Of a stretch of DNA of 64,000 bases, positions 25,642 to 38,134 are shown piece after piece. The DNA is from Stegostoma tigrinum (Eukaryota). The notes beneath the pieces are model-generated. The model was not told the DNA's origin. It did not search any database and saw only the letters and a list, made by a program, of their open reading frames with translations. The stretch is taken from positions 2,904,689-2,968,688 of the forward strand of contig NC_081369.1 in assembly GCF_030684315.1 (NCBI RefSeq), written 5' to 3'. Within the stretch, counting starts at the first letter, position 1. Each line of letters starts with the position of its first letter. Both the position numbers and the translations under genes were made by a program.

Positions 25642-27784
25642 TCATATGAGATATTCCCGAGTCAGGATAATGCCCGGTTTTAAACGATGAGGCTGCTGCA
25701 TTTCAATGCTGCCGGATTTCACTTCTGATGCATGAAACATATTGTCTACTGGGTGTAGGTTTTGTAAACTATATTGCCTGAAACTGCGTGCAAATAAAGT
25801 GAAGGGAGTGGCTGTACAAGGTAGTGTTGGGCGATAGTATTTTTCTTCTCTTTGCAAACATATTAGGAGTTGCGCCAGCGTTTCTTATCTAGAAAACTGG
25901 AGAGTCTTCTCTCAGATTCCTGGCTTGTCGGTGACCGGGAGAGTCCTACTACAAAACAGCTTGATCACTCGCTGTGGAATATCCAGCATCTGGTGCGCTG
26001 GACTGAACCTCGGCACTTGTATAGTCATTGATGTCCCAGAGTTGCAAATAGACAGTTTGCCGTAGCTGCCTTGGCAGTATTTTTTAAACATTTGGATAAT
26101 TGGGATAAAAGAAAATACACATTTATTTCCTGAATAGAAGTCATTTGGCCGCCGCTTCATTCGAGCGATGAACTTGAGCTGCTCACTCAGAAAATGAATA
26201 CCATGTTTCCCAATATCTCGCCGAATCAAACCAATGACATTGTTACTAACTTACAGAAAATGAAAATAAAAAGAGAAATTGATAACTCCGGAGATAAGGA
26301 AGTGATGATTGGAATGAACACTAGACAATACATTGCAGCATTATTAATATCACGAAAGGATCCGTGTATTTACTGATAACGGATGTTATTGATGCTTACA
26401 GAAGTTAATGATAATCCATTTGCTTCCATAATCTGTGGTGCTTGTACAATGTGATTTTGCACTTGTAATCATAAATTTGGGATTTGCAGATACTAATGTT
26501 AACGGGAGCATTGGTTTTACAATTGATGGATTTATATACGGCGGTGGGTGTGTTTCCCGTTTTCACATTTATTTAGACATACTGCAAAGGTCGATCTTAT
26601 ATCGGGAAGATTTGTTTTTCAAACACAAGCTGCTGAGACCTTTCAATCTGACAGACCCGGTCTCAGACTGTGGAAACGATGGGCTGGTTATCCAGTGTTT
26701 CAATTCAGCCTGAGACTTTCGCGGTTGTCGAGATGCAGCCTTTATCCAACCGATAAAAGCCGGAGCCAGGGATAAAACGGATGGTATGCAAGATGGTGGA
26801 GCAGGGCCATGAGGAGAAGGCAAGAGAACGTAGTCAGCCCAGGGACCGTGAGGATAACATGTTCATTGGGACGTGGTGAATCTAATACTTTAATGAGTCA
26901 ATGGCTAACTGACAGACGGAGGGACCGCCGGAGCAAGGGCGGACCCATTGGAATGATCTTGGGAAATAAATTACATATTGAAATCATAAATAATATATTC
27001 TTGATATAACAGCCAGTAGTGATCTTGTAGTTTTGGCAAAAGAGTATTAGAGGTGAACAGCTCTTATTTGAATTGATAGTGAGGATACGAAAATTCGGAA
27101 GTGGAGTAGTCACGGATCAGGGAAGTAAAATAAAATTTATATTCACTCGCCTGTAGGATGAGTCTTGTCATTCCGTGAATGTGTTGGAGAAGCCTGAGAA
27201 ACATAGTTGCGAGCATCTTTAAAGAATATAAATTGCAGAGTTCATTGGTGAATTAGTTTCAAAGTTTGTGGAAAAATTATCAAAACAAAAATTAATTGAG
27301 ATTTAAATTTGTTTCAATACAGAAATGATCTCCCGGACGTCAAAGTTAGTTCAAGGCAATAGCGAATGGATCATTGCATTTTCTGTTTCAAATTAATCAA
27401 GGTGATTATGACAATGCCATATTGTACACATACTATTATTCTTCGTTTATTTAAAAAGATTCTTTCATTTTCATTTAGTAGGGAGTGCAGATATTAATGC
27501 TAATTGGAGATTCGATAACGAATATATCTCAATATATAGTTAAGCGATTTATTCAAGGAGGAGAGTGGTTTCCGTTTTAAGATGTACAGATGAACTGCAG
27601 AGATCTAAAGCGCTGTGAGTTTTTTTAACATTAGATGCGGACTCACTTCAGTCTAAAACTATTGTGTTGCACATTGTGAAAACTGTGCAGAATGTTCTAT
27701 TTAATATTTCTCGTTAGAGACCCCTGTAATTAATCAAGTTGGATTCTATCTGTTCCTTCTGTAACACGAATAATGTTTGGCTCT

Positions 27785-27907
27785 GAGGTAGTAGGAACTG
27801 TAGATGCTGGAGAATCCGAGATAACAAGGTGGAGAGCTGGATGAACACAGCAAACCAAGCAGCATCTTAGGAGCAGGAAATCTGACGCTGTGGGCCTAGA
27901 CTCTTCA
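27785..27907 (-). repeat. Penelope-derived short repeat
   Basis: ggaactgtagatgctggagaatccgagataacaagg...gggcctagactcttca. Confidence 0.75.
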
Positions 27908-28054
27908 ATTAGAATATTTGACTCTAGCTGTTATTGGATAAAAATACAACATAATGAATATGGAGCCTATTAAAATATTTAACTCCTCAGATAGCCATTC
28001 TTCTTTTTCTCTAACAGAATGAATAATGACTTATTTCCATTATCTAATTCACAG

Positions 28055-28336
28055 TGCCACCCACTCCGGTGCCGATTACTCCGCAATTCTCTCCAACCCT
28101 CGCATTTCTCTGAAAAACAATTGGCTTCTTCCCTGAATACTTTATCCTCACTTGGTATAAAAATGGCAGTGATATTACATCTGGAATAAACACTACGACA
28201 AAACTAAATTGATAGCGACTATTTGAAGTTTCCAGCACCCTGAACCCTTTGGAAAGTTGGTTAACTTACACCTGCCAGGTTTCTCATGTGTCATTTGAAG
28301 CCCCAGCCAGAGATAATTGCACAGTTCTGCATCAAG
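28055..28336 (+). pseudogene. Ig C1-set domain exon, copy A, inactivated
   Basis: Phase-1 acceptor ttcacag|tg; VPPTPVPITPQFSPTLAFL*KTIGFFPEYFILTWYKNGSDITSGINTTTKLN**RLFEVSSTLNPLESWLTYTCQVSHVSFEAPARDNCTVLHQ. First Cys codon is TGA (28111); stops at 28210 and 28213. Donor is either mutated at 28337 or G|gtatga at 28390. Confidence 0.88.
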
Positions 28337-28964
28337 GATGCCAAGAATCCCAAATTTTCAACAAGCCATTGAACTGTACCATGCACAATGGTATGACATG
28401 TCTTATTTTTCATCTTCTGTAACATGCAAGTGAAATGCCTTAGCACATGTATATGAAATACGTAACAGTGCTCATTGCTTTGCCAAAAATTCTTTGACGA
28501 ACTCTGCACAAAAGTTTTGAATATTCCGAGAAATGGTAATCATAATCAGATTGACACGTCACTCCTTTTTTTCTTCTTTAAGAAAACGATCCGCATTTCT
28601 GGCAGGAAGTTTCGATCATGTTTCTTGCAGAAATGTGGAGTCTACGTTCAATCTGACCACATAATTGAGGATAGTTGTGCGAAGACAAATCATACACCCT
28701 TTACATGGCAGTTGTTGTTCAATTCTGTTATTTAAATACATAAGCCTCCTCTTGAAATAGGCAGCTTCAACTGGCAATTCGTATCATTGTAAGAAACATG
28801 AGTTCTTGGCAATTGACACAGCATGTTACTTACTAGTTGCATTATTGCTCAACCGCTCTCAATGATTCTCTCTGAATTCCTTGGTCCTGTTAGGAGAAAA
28901 ATTATTGCATAGCATGAGTTAACTGGTAATCCCTCATACATCTCAAAATGGAATTGAAATAGGA

Positions 28965-29160
28965 TATAGAACAGTACGTCACAGTACATGCTTTTCGACC
29001 CACGATGCTGTGTCGACCTATTATCCTACTAAGATCAAACTACCATACATGCCCTACATTTTACTATCCTCCATGTGCTTATCCAAGAGTGCCTTAAAAG
29101 TCTGTAAAGTTCCTGACTCCACTATCGCTGCCGGTAGCACAAGCCCACCACTCTCTGTGT
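28965..29160 (-). mobile_element. CR1 LINE 3' tip
   Basis: atatagaacagtacgtcacagtaca...cccacgatgctgtgtcga matches the 3' end at 42190-42250. Confidence 0.7.
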
Positions 29161-29360
29161 AAATGAGGTAGAGAGTTTCAGTTAATTGAGTAAGCAAAAA
29201 CTGTTAAATAATCTAAAATTCGTTTTAAATTTATCCTTATTCTATCAGGCTATGAAGAAATTAAACTGCAATAACATGCTCAGGCTGATACACTGACAGA
29301 AATTTTGTGAAATGCGACTTTGCTGAGCAAATACTGACTCTGACGACTTGTCTGGAATAG

Positions 29361-29534
29361 TTCCACACTGAGGAAAACACTCAAAGCCAGAACAATACGG
29401 TTTACACAGGAATGGAAATGATGCAGAGGCTTCACCGAGGAGGAAAGGTTGCACCTGAGATGACAGGGAGTGAGATCGGGGTAGCAGGCAACCTGCCATT
29501 TTCGGAAAGTGCGAAAAACGACGTGTTTGCCTGA
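29361..29534 (+). pseudogene. Candidate terminal cytoplasmic exon of copy A with Tyr motif
   Basis: After aatag|: FHTEENTQSQNNTVYTGMEMMQRLHRGGKVAPEMTGSEIGVAGNLPFSESAKNDVFA*; AATAAA at 29641. Acceptor is weak and no TM exon was confidently found. Confidence 0.4.
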
Positions 29535-29825
29535 ACCAGATAACGCCCGACTCACGTTGTACAAATATTTGATGAATCCTCGTTAATGTAGAGAACTACC
29601 CCGGAATTTTCCCTGGATTAAGAACTCCCAACATTCGCTCAATAAACAACCATTCACTTGCGCCTCACGTCTCTTGAAAATTTTTCAGAAAATAAGCTGC
29701 GTCAACAGTCCTCATTTCAGTCCTATGATATTTGGCCGTCCCTGCATCCACTCAGGATTGAGCGCACCCGTAAAAGCTAAGTTTCAGTGCAGCAATTGAT
29801 GTATATGTTACTTGCGGATCGGCCG

Positions 29826-30020
29826 CACTGAGAGGTTGAATTGAGGCCCTGGCTGCCCTCTCAGATAGACGCAACGTATCTTGTGGCACGAGTTTGAAGA
29901 AGAACAGGAAATTACGTTGGTGACCTGGTCAATATTAATTCCTCATTCAAGGTCACCGAAACATATACCTGATCACTATCGAATTACAGTTTGCGGCAGT
30001 TTACACTGTGCAAATTGGCA
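29826..30020 (+). mobile_element. Deu-domain SINE (SacSINE1/AmnSINE1-like core), interrupted by CR1
   Basis: gaggccctggctgccctctcagatagacg...gaagaagaacagg...cctggtcaatatt...tgtgcaaattggc; 3' tail resumes at ~30405-30485. Confidence 0.75.
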
Positions 30021-30039
30021 AGCAATTACCAAGATTACT

Positions 30040-30398
30040 GTTACCTGATCGAGGTGTACAAGGGAATGAGAGGCATGGATAGAGTCGATAGCCAGAGACT
30101 TTTCCACAGGGCAGGATTGACTGCCACGAGGGGTCATAGTTTTAAGGTTTTAGGGGGAAGGTATAGAGGAGACATCAGAAGGAGGTTCTTCACCCAGAGA
30201 GTTGTGAGCGCATGGAATACTTTGCCAGTGGTAGTCGTGGAAGCAGAGTCATTAGTGACATTTAAGCGACATGGACATGGGCAGCAGTGAATTGAGGAGA
30301 ATGTAGGTTAGGTTATTTTATTCTGGATTAGGATTATTCCACGGCACAACATCGTGGGCCGAAGGGCCTGTACTGTGCTGTACTTTTCTATGTTCTAT
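30040..30398 (+). mobile_element. CR1 LINE 3' fragment
   Basis: LIEVYKGMRGMDRVDSQRLF...FFTQRVVSAWN; tail ctgtacttttctatgttcta. Confidence 0.9.
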
Positions 30399-30489
30399 TA
30401 CGGAATGAACTGGCTGTAAAGGCCTTTGTTTGAGAAATTTTGTGGACCGGATAAAGCGCTGTATGAATAAAAGTACATTTTTCTTTCTG

Positions 30490-31010
30490 TTTTTTTCTTA
30501 TATGGGGCCACTTCGCATTTGACGTTCACAGGTGAGAGATTAATGGGATTCCTGTGAAGGCTTGATAGATATGTGATAAAGACGCGATCAGTAGGGATTA
30601 TATTCAGTGGAATTCGGGATAATAAAGGGGAATGTTCTCGAAACCCGTAAAATTCTAACAGGAGTAGACAGGAAGAAAGTTCCTGATGAACAAGGAGTCT
30701 GCAACCAGAAGTCACAGTTCAAGGCTGTAGTATTATACTTTTAGAATTTAGAGGAGGAGAAATCCCATCACTCAGCACATGATAAACCAATGGAATTTTT
30801 TTTCCAGATGAAGTACTTCAGACTAAAACATTAAATGTTTTCAAAAAGAAGTTAGACATAGTTCTCAGGGCTCGATTAATCAAACAGGATAAGTAGGGGA
30901 TGTGGGAACATTACACTGAATTGGATGATCTGCCGTGATCACTTGGAATTGCAGAGTAGTCTTGAAGGACCGAATAGCCTACTCTTACTCCTAGTTTCTA
31001 CTTTTCCATA
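30490..31010 (+). mobile_element. Decayed CR1 LINE 3' fragment
   Basis: gttcacaggtgagagattaatggga...ttgaaggaccgaatagcctactcttactcctagtttct. Confidence 0.7.
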
Positions 31011-32584
31011 ACTGTTATGTATAATATCATTCCCTCTATGCCGTACCACACATTGGATTAGTGATCATGGCGTAGGTCACTTTCTTTCCGTCTCTTGGAT
31101 ATTTTATACTGAAACAAATGGAACACGCACAAGATAACTGAAGAGACATTCTGCGTCATTTTAATTATCTGAGAAAGAATCAAAATAGTTTGACGTGTTA
31201 TACCCGGTTTAACGGGAAATATATAAGCAATACCAGTCTTTACTAGGTGCACTTCCTTCCATAACACAATATACAATGGAGAATGCCTGCTGTATTAAAC
31301 ATTACTTAACGAACATGTGAGTTATTTTAACACCACGGTTCAACATCTACTTTCAAAAAAACAATCTGCAAAAGAAGGCAAAATCCAGCAGTGAAAATGA
31401 AACATTAGAACTTGGTCTTAAGATTATTAGCCTCGGTTACAAAGAGTGGAAAACCACATGCGCAAGAATAGATTGGTTGAAATGACTGGATATAATAAGC
31501 ACGTTGTTAGGACAAAGGATTATTAAAATATGCAAGATTGCCACTGCGCTAGGCTTCTCCATAATGCATTAGGAGACAATGCTTGACTGATGTTAAAATA
31601 TATGTAAATGCACAAATAACATTCACAACTCTTGCAAAAAGCAATACGATAATTATTTTGGCCAATTTTTCAACGAATTAACGATCTTCCCTTCTGAGCT
31701 AAGAAATTAATACTGTGTGCCATACTGCCTGATTGCTTCAGTTGTATGAACGGTAAGAATTTAGAGCTCATGAAAAATTGTATCGATACTCGCTCCAAAA
31801 ATTTAATACCAAATGCAACTAGTCTAAAACTGATCAGACCTGTGTTCAGGGGGCCAATCTGTAGCTGCTGTCCGTACAGCAAAGTGACTGCAAAGCGTTA
31901 TGGAGCGCGATTCCAGATAATAGACGCGCAGAGCAGCTGATGTGCTGTTGACATCGAAACAGTGTCTGCGCACCCTTTCTTTTCCTGTCCAGCACCAATC
32001 AATTTGATTTTGACGCTTATGAATGAACCCGAACTGATGTGAACCAAAATTGCTGATGAAAATCTGAAATAAAAACAAAATTAAAGTGCGCTAGCTCTAA
32101 CAAACTGATGAAATTTCGTATGCCCCTCGATCTGAATCTGCCTCTCTTTGTCTGAGTCTTCCTCTTCAGGCGTTGACCACTCTTAAAATTCATTTTTTGT
32201 CAATCGCTTCCGAACTACTTTTGTGTCTTTATTTCTTTCTCTCAGCCTGTCTGTTCTCCTTGGTCTGTCTTTCTGTTGCCTTCTCCCCCTGCCTCCCTCT
32301 CTCTCTTTCACAGTTGACAATGCACGATCACATAATTACCACATGACATGTCAGTTGCACGTCATTGCTGATATTTGGAATAATTCCATAAGAAGATCAC
32401 AAGCTTTTTCGATATGTTTGTTCATCTTCCCCTGCATTGTCATAATGATTTGTGACCTGCTGGGATTATCAATTTCTTCACATTTTCATAAACAACGGCA
32501 GCTTCAGGTGTAAACTATGAATTTGTTATTCATAAATTCATTTCCAACTTGAGTTGGAATGTACATTCATAGACAATTGAGGCC

Positions 32585-34400
32585 ACAGAGTCATAGTGAT
32601 TAAAACATAGATTAAGGCCCTTCCGCTCATTGTGCCAGTGCTGGTCATCAATCAACTATCGATTACAATCCTATTTTCCAGTGTGTACCTCATGCCCTTG
32701 CATTCTACAGCAATTTAAGCGCCTGCCTAAGTACGTTTTGAATGTATTGAGGGCTCCTGACTCTTGTCTACATTTAGGCGGTGGATTCCAGCTATTCACC
32801 ACACTCTTGTCGAAAATAAGTGCTTAAAATTAATACCAAAACTCTTGCTCTTTAATTTAAAATTATTCACCCCAAACTTGTTCGCCCCTTCACAAAGGGG
32901 AAATAGTACTGCCTATCCACCCTAACTATGTACCATATAATTTTCTACAACTTACTCAGGTATCACTTCAGCCCACTTTACTCTAAGGATAACACCAGTC
33001 AATCTAGTCACTCTTCATATCTGAATCATTCAGGCCAAGCTATATTCTATCTCCAACTGCACTCCAACTTACACTATACTTCTCCAATGAATGGGTCAGG
33101 ATCCCTTAACAAATTAACCAGTATCCCCCGCGATACCTTGACAAAAATTTTAAAGATGTTCGTATCGATTGCATGTGGAGGTGCAAGTGTTGGACTGGGG
33201 TGGACAGGTCAGAAATCACGCGGCACTTTTTTTTGCAATCACAAGCTTTCCCAGCGCTGATCCTTCGTCACTTTCATCTGACGAAGGAGCAATGCTTAGA
33301 ATGCTTGTGATTCTAAATAAACCTATTGGACTAAAACTTGGTGCCATGTGACTTCTGACCATGCAGGTTGCGTCAATGGTGCTACCCTTATTAATCTGAT
33401 CGTTACCTCGTCAAAAAAACTCAATCAAATCAGTTCAATAATATCTCCTCTGATATTCGCGTGGTGACTGTCCTCGATTCATCCGTTTGGATTAACTCTG
33501 TCTCTTAGAGCTCTTTTTTTCAATATTTTACCTCCCACTGATGACTGCCCCATTTGGCCTGTCGTTTTCTGGTTAGCCCTAACACCCTGCTTGAATAATA
33601 TCTGACATTAGTTCCGCTTCACTTCAAGGACGCCTGCTATGGACAGAGAAGATTCTAAATTTAATGTTAAAACCTCTGCAATCTCTTTCATTGCTTCTCA
33701 CCGCATGTTGGAAAACAATTCACCTGGGTTCGGGGTTCAGCAATATTCAAGCCTGCTAAAATCTCCTCACTTTTGTAACTTGTTAACTTGCTCGAGGATA
33801 ACACACGTCACCTCTCTGATTTCTGTATTTACATTGTCCTTCCCTGGAGTGACTTCAGATGCAAATAATTGATTCAGAACATCAACTGTTTCTTCAGGCT
33901 CCTCAAACAGCTTGCTATGTTGATTCATGTGCGCCCTACTCTATCTCACGACATACTCTTGTCCCCAGTATACTGATCCAAAGTTTTTGTATTTCCTTTA
34001 ATGTTATCCACCAGTGCTTTTTCATCAAACTCCGCTTTCTCTCCCCATTAATTTGCTTAAGCAGCCCCCGATGCTTTACATACCTCTTTTGGATATCTGC
34101 TTTTTGAAGCCATCAGCATATGTCATAGACTTCGATTTTTTTTTCTCTCTTTTATCTGATTCTGTGCATTCCTAGATATGCAAGTTACTCTGGATTTGTT
34201 GGTCATACCCTTCTCTCTTGTGTGATAATGTTGGCCTTGGACCCTGACTTTTGCCATTCTGAATGAATGACGGCTCTGGTGTGAGATATTTTCGAGAATA
34301 CCACTCGGTATATTTATTCCAATTCATAAAAATGAATTCAGACGTTTAAGTAGCCCAGCTGTGATGTTGTTTTTCTAACATATTTTGGATATTCCTCGCA
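32585..34400 (-). mobile_element. Decayed CR1 fragments with an embedded Penelope-type inverted short repeat (33170-33360)
   Basis: CR1 3' end at 32585-32820; gttacctcgtcaaaaaaactcaatcaaat (TNLIEFF, reversed) at 33400; ctgacgaaggagcaatgct unit at 33278. Confidence 0.65.
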
Positions 34401-37400
34401 TTAAAGTTTGAGGTGTAGTTGCTCTTTCTGTACAATAAAGGATGCGCTTGCTAAATGGTCTTACTGTCTTTACATAGGACAAAACTCAGGTCTACATTGC
34501 AACACATTTTACGTATTTAAATTTCGGTTAACCAAACTTCGTATTTAGCACTTTTTAACCAAAATAAAGATTTATATCGTTCCTGGGTTAATTTTATGAT
34601 TTCAAATTGAGCATCAAATCTGAGAACCAGGACTGATCGAGCTATTCAATGCTTTCTACCACGAGCATGCTTCTGAGATGCACAAAGAAAATCACCTCGA
34701 TTCCATTCATTGTTTCTATACAAAAAGTGGTAATCTTAGAACTCAGATTTTAAAAAAAAACGTCTTGAGAGCTTGTAGCTAATCTCATCGTATCATTTCC
34801 ATTGTTAACATCAACTTATGTTTAGGTTTATCTTTAAAGAAAAAGCAAAAGTACTTGTAAATCAAAAATTTCTTTTGGTCACATTTTGCAAATGGCACGG
34901 ACGACGCCTTAATTTATGAAACCTCTGTCTTGTGTTCATGATTGCTTGTTCGTTGCAAGTAGAAGAAATCTCTGCTTAAGAAGCATATGGGTGATTTCTC
35001 AATTCGCCATCCCTTTCCATAACCGTGGTAAAATCTCCAGTTAAATTGTTTAACTTCCCAGTGCTGTTTACTTATGAACACTCTTTCATCAAATTACGCT
35101 TCACTTTATATTCAAGATAATAAGAATTGAAAGAGTAATTTTAATTTATTTGGAAACCAGGCGACAACGAATCGACCTTCAGTTCATAATTTGCGTGTTG
35201 GCTTGCTCAGAATTGTCATGGTCTGTTTCGTGGTTAGGTATAGTCACTTAGCCTGTCCGTCAAATACCTACTTTGACAATTCCTGAGAACACATATCCTA
35301 CTCTAACAATTTCCCTTATCATGGACAAAATTGGGCAATACAGCGGCAGGTTGCGGACATCTCATCGTGTTTGCACCGTCCATGTGCTGAGGGTGACAAT
35401 ATCAATGAATACAACGATTCTTTAAAGATGCATATATACGCTACTTATGATCAAGATAACATTGATAATCTGTGAGACTATTTGCATTTTCCTGCGTCTA
35501 AATCTATGTGCCATACATGCCTCATCAGTTTCATGGAGCATGCGCCCATCGGTGGATACAGGTCTGAATTGATTTGCGTCCCTTGCTATTCAAAGAATCT
35601 CAAAGTTAATTGCATCTCCCTTGGCTGTTCTTAATGAAGTGAGCTGGATCGACAGCCAGATTGCACCCCCAAAACATCGTGGATCAATTTCAACAATCTT
35701 CCCATGAGCAACAGACGGATTGTTCTGCCTCTTGACGCTTGTACCATTTTCTTTAGCCTCAGATTCAGTATGTCATTTGTTATTGCATTTGTAGTTTTTT
35801 TTTCTGCAGATTCGGTCACATTTAAAATAATGCAATTTGTAGGAGAGTACCGGTTTCTGTGAGAAACGAAGGCAAACATCAACAAGTCCGCTTTATTTTC
35901 ATGATGCTCGTACTTCAATTTGCAAAGTTGCCGTAAAAGTGGAACCTGATATTGTCTTTCAGTAAACAGGAAGTTTTGTTTTACTTTCTCCTAAAATGTC
36001 ATTTCTTTGTCACAGACTTGTACCTGAAGATAAAAGTAAAACCTGCAGCTGACTCCAGAAAAAGAAAGCTAAAACGGGAGTGATTCAGCGCAAGACCTCC
36101 GTTGAATAGAATCCGAAAATCTCCTTGAAGAACTACAATTTGCTTCGGATTCAAATTGTTTCCATTTCTCTATATCTATTTCATTTTGACAAATATCTTA
36201 TCAACAATTTGTAATGGTCTAACGAAGGTTTTTGGCACTCATTCTGCTATTTCAATATTTAATACGACGGAAGTGATGTGCTCCCTGCGACTGAGCCTCC
36301 TGGGATTTTGGATCCAAATGATTTCTTCTGCTTTCCAGTCTGAGAACGATATCATGTTTTGCACAGCCCCTGCTGATGAATCACATTGACCATAAAGATT
36401 AACTGTATTTGTCTGCCCGCAGATGTTGCTTAGCATGATCAGAACTTACCACTTTTTTTCTAAAGGAAAAGACAGCTCATCTGCCGCTGAATGACTTTTT
36501 AGGTACGCATGCATAATTTCAATACTGCAGCAGGTTCAATTATTTGTCTTCATCTGGAAGCTTTAGTGACAAGGTATCTATTACAACAAGAGCAGAAATT
36601 GCTGGAAAGCTCAGCAGATACGGAAGTATCTGTGGAGAGAAACCAGTGTGAATATTTCGGGTCCAGTGACCGTTCCTCAGAACAGATAATAGGTAGAAAT
36701 CGAGTATCTTTCGGTTTTTACTCAGTATCCATTCCCATTGCTGCAATCTACATAAATTCATTCGAGAAATATTAAAAACACATGTTCATATCAGAGATTT
36801 GAGGTTTTAGGAGAGGTCTGGCATATAGAAACTGACCATTGGAAGCGTTTGCAAGGGACAGTGTCTCTGGGGTTCAATATCAAACCCTTCACGATGTATT
36901 GCTGCTTGCGCAGGTGAGCCAGTGCTGAAGCGCCATTGAACATGGTAACTCCTGAGCCCTTGCTGTGCTCAGTACAAAGGTTAAATAAACGCAGTGTCCT
37001 TCCCTTAATCTATCAAAGTAACTCATCACTTAAACAACTCTCTCGTAGGAAGAACCGCATAATTAGTAATGCCCATTCACTATTAAGAATTCGGGAGAGA
37101 CGAATTAGAGTGATTTAGACGGGCCGCGTGGTCTCTTTCTGTGCCAATTTCGAGATCCCCGTTATATTATTACTTCCAGAAACAAAATAAACTAAACTAC
37201 ACGACTTTTGAATATGAAGCCTTCCAAGAAAAAGTAGAAAGAAACAGAACAAAACGTAGCGGCATGCGGCGAATAAAGAAAGTCGAGCGGGGACTGCTGG
37301 TTTTTTACCAACACTGACAATGTCCAGTGATGAAGCACTTACAAAGTGCGGGATGCTCGTGGGGGAAAGGGAAGTGGGAGGAAACTATCCCTGTCTTGTT

Positions 37401-38134
37401 GACTGAATAGTACACCTAACAATACATACAGGATGATCAAAGACTGGATTATAGTTGATTGAACACGGGGAAAGCACCAAGAAGTCGAAATATAACAACA
37501 TTGCCACCGGCAGCTTTGCTCATCTTTGAAATCTTCTATTCCTGTTCAAAAAAATCTGAAAATTTGTTAGATTTCAAATGAAATTAAGCATATTGGCGCC
37601 CTTTGTTTGGTCCGGTGGGATTGGGAAACTATTCAGTCGTGATCGAGCTTTATCACTTAAAAGACTTATGCTGTATTTGTAGGACAGAAACAAGCAACTT
37701 GTCTCAATGGGCTGTTTCCGATTTTTCTAATACACACCAACCTTCCCTTCCTTTTCTTTGAAAGAAAACCAGAGAAACATGTTTCCCTTCATTTCTACAT
37801 GTGCTTCTTCAACCTCCCCTCACACTTATGGATCATAGTGAATGCATAAATCCATATGGTGGTAAATTACATATTCTAAGCATCCCTCGGTAAAAACAAT
37901 GTTTTATTTTTAATTTCGGATTGAAATACTTAATAATTCTGACCTCTGATACCCATTATGCCTGCACTGCTAGTCGGTCTCTGCAACTTCAACAGGTCCT
38001 CACTCTTGTGTAAATTATATAGACTAGTAACACGACATAGAGCATTCAATCGGAGATAGTAAGAACAGCAGATGCTGGTGTCAGAGGCAACACATTGTAT
38101 CAGAGGAATAGGAAAATTGACGTCTTCCACACAT

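Noticed and set aside
26435-27113. Cluster of overlapping short ORFs in the gene A intron
   Set aside because: No Ig or other recognisable motifs; consistent with random ORFs.
28050-28090. CACAGTG heptamer at the C1 exon start, suggesting an RSS
   Set aside because: It is the splice acceptor (cacag|tg); no ACAAAAACC-like nonamer at 12 or 23 nt.
28430-28930. Candidate TM exons for copy A (KYVTVLIALPKIL; ACYLLVALLL)
   Set aside because: Hydrophobic runs are too short or stop-interrupted and splice phases are unsupported.
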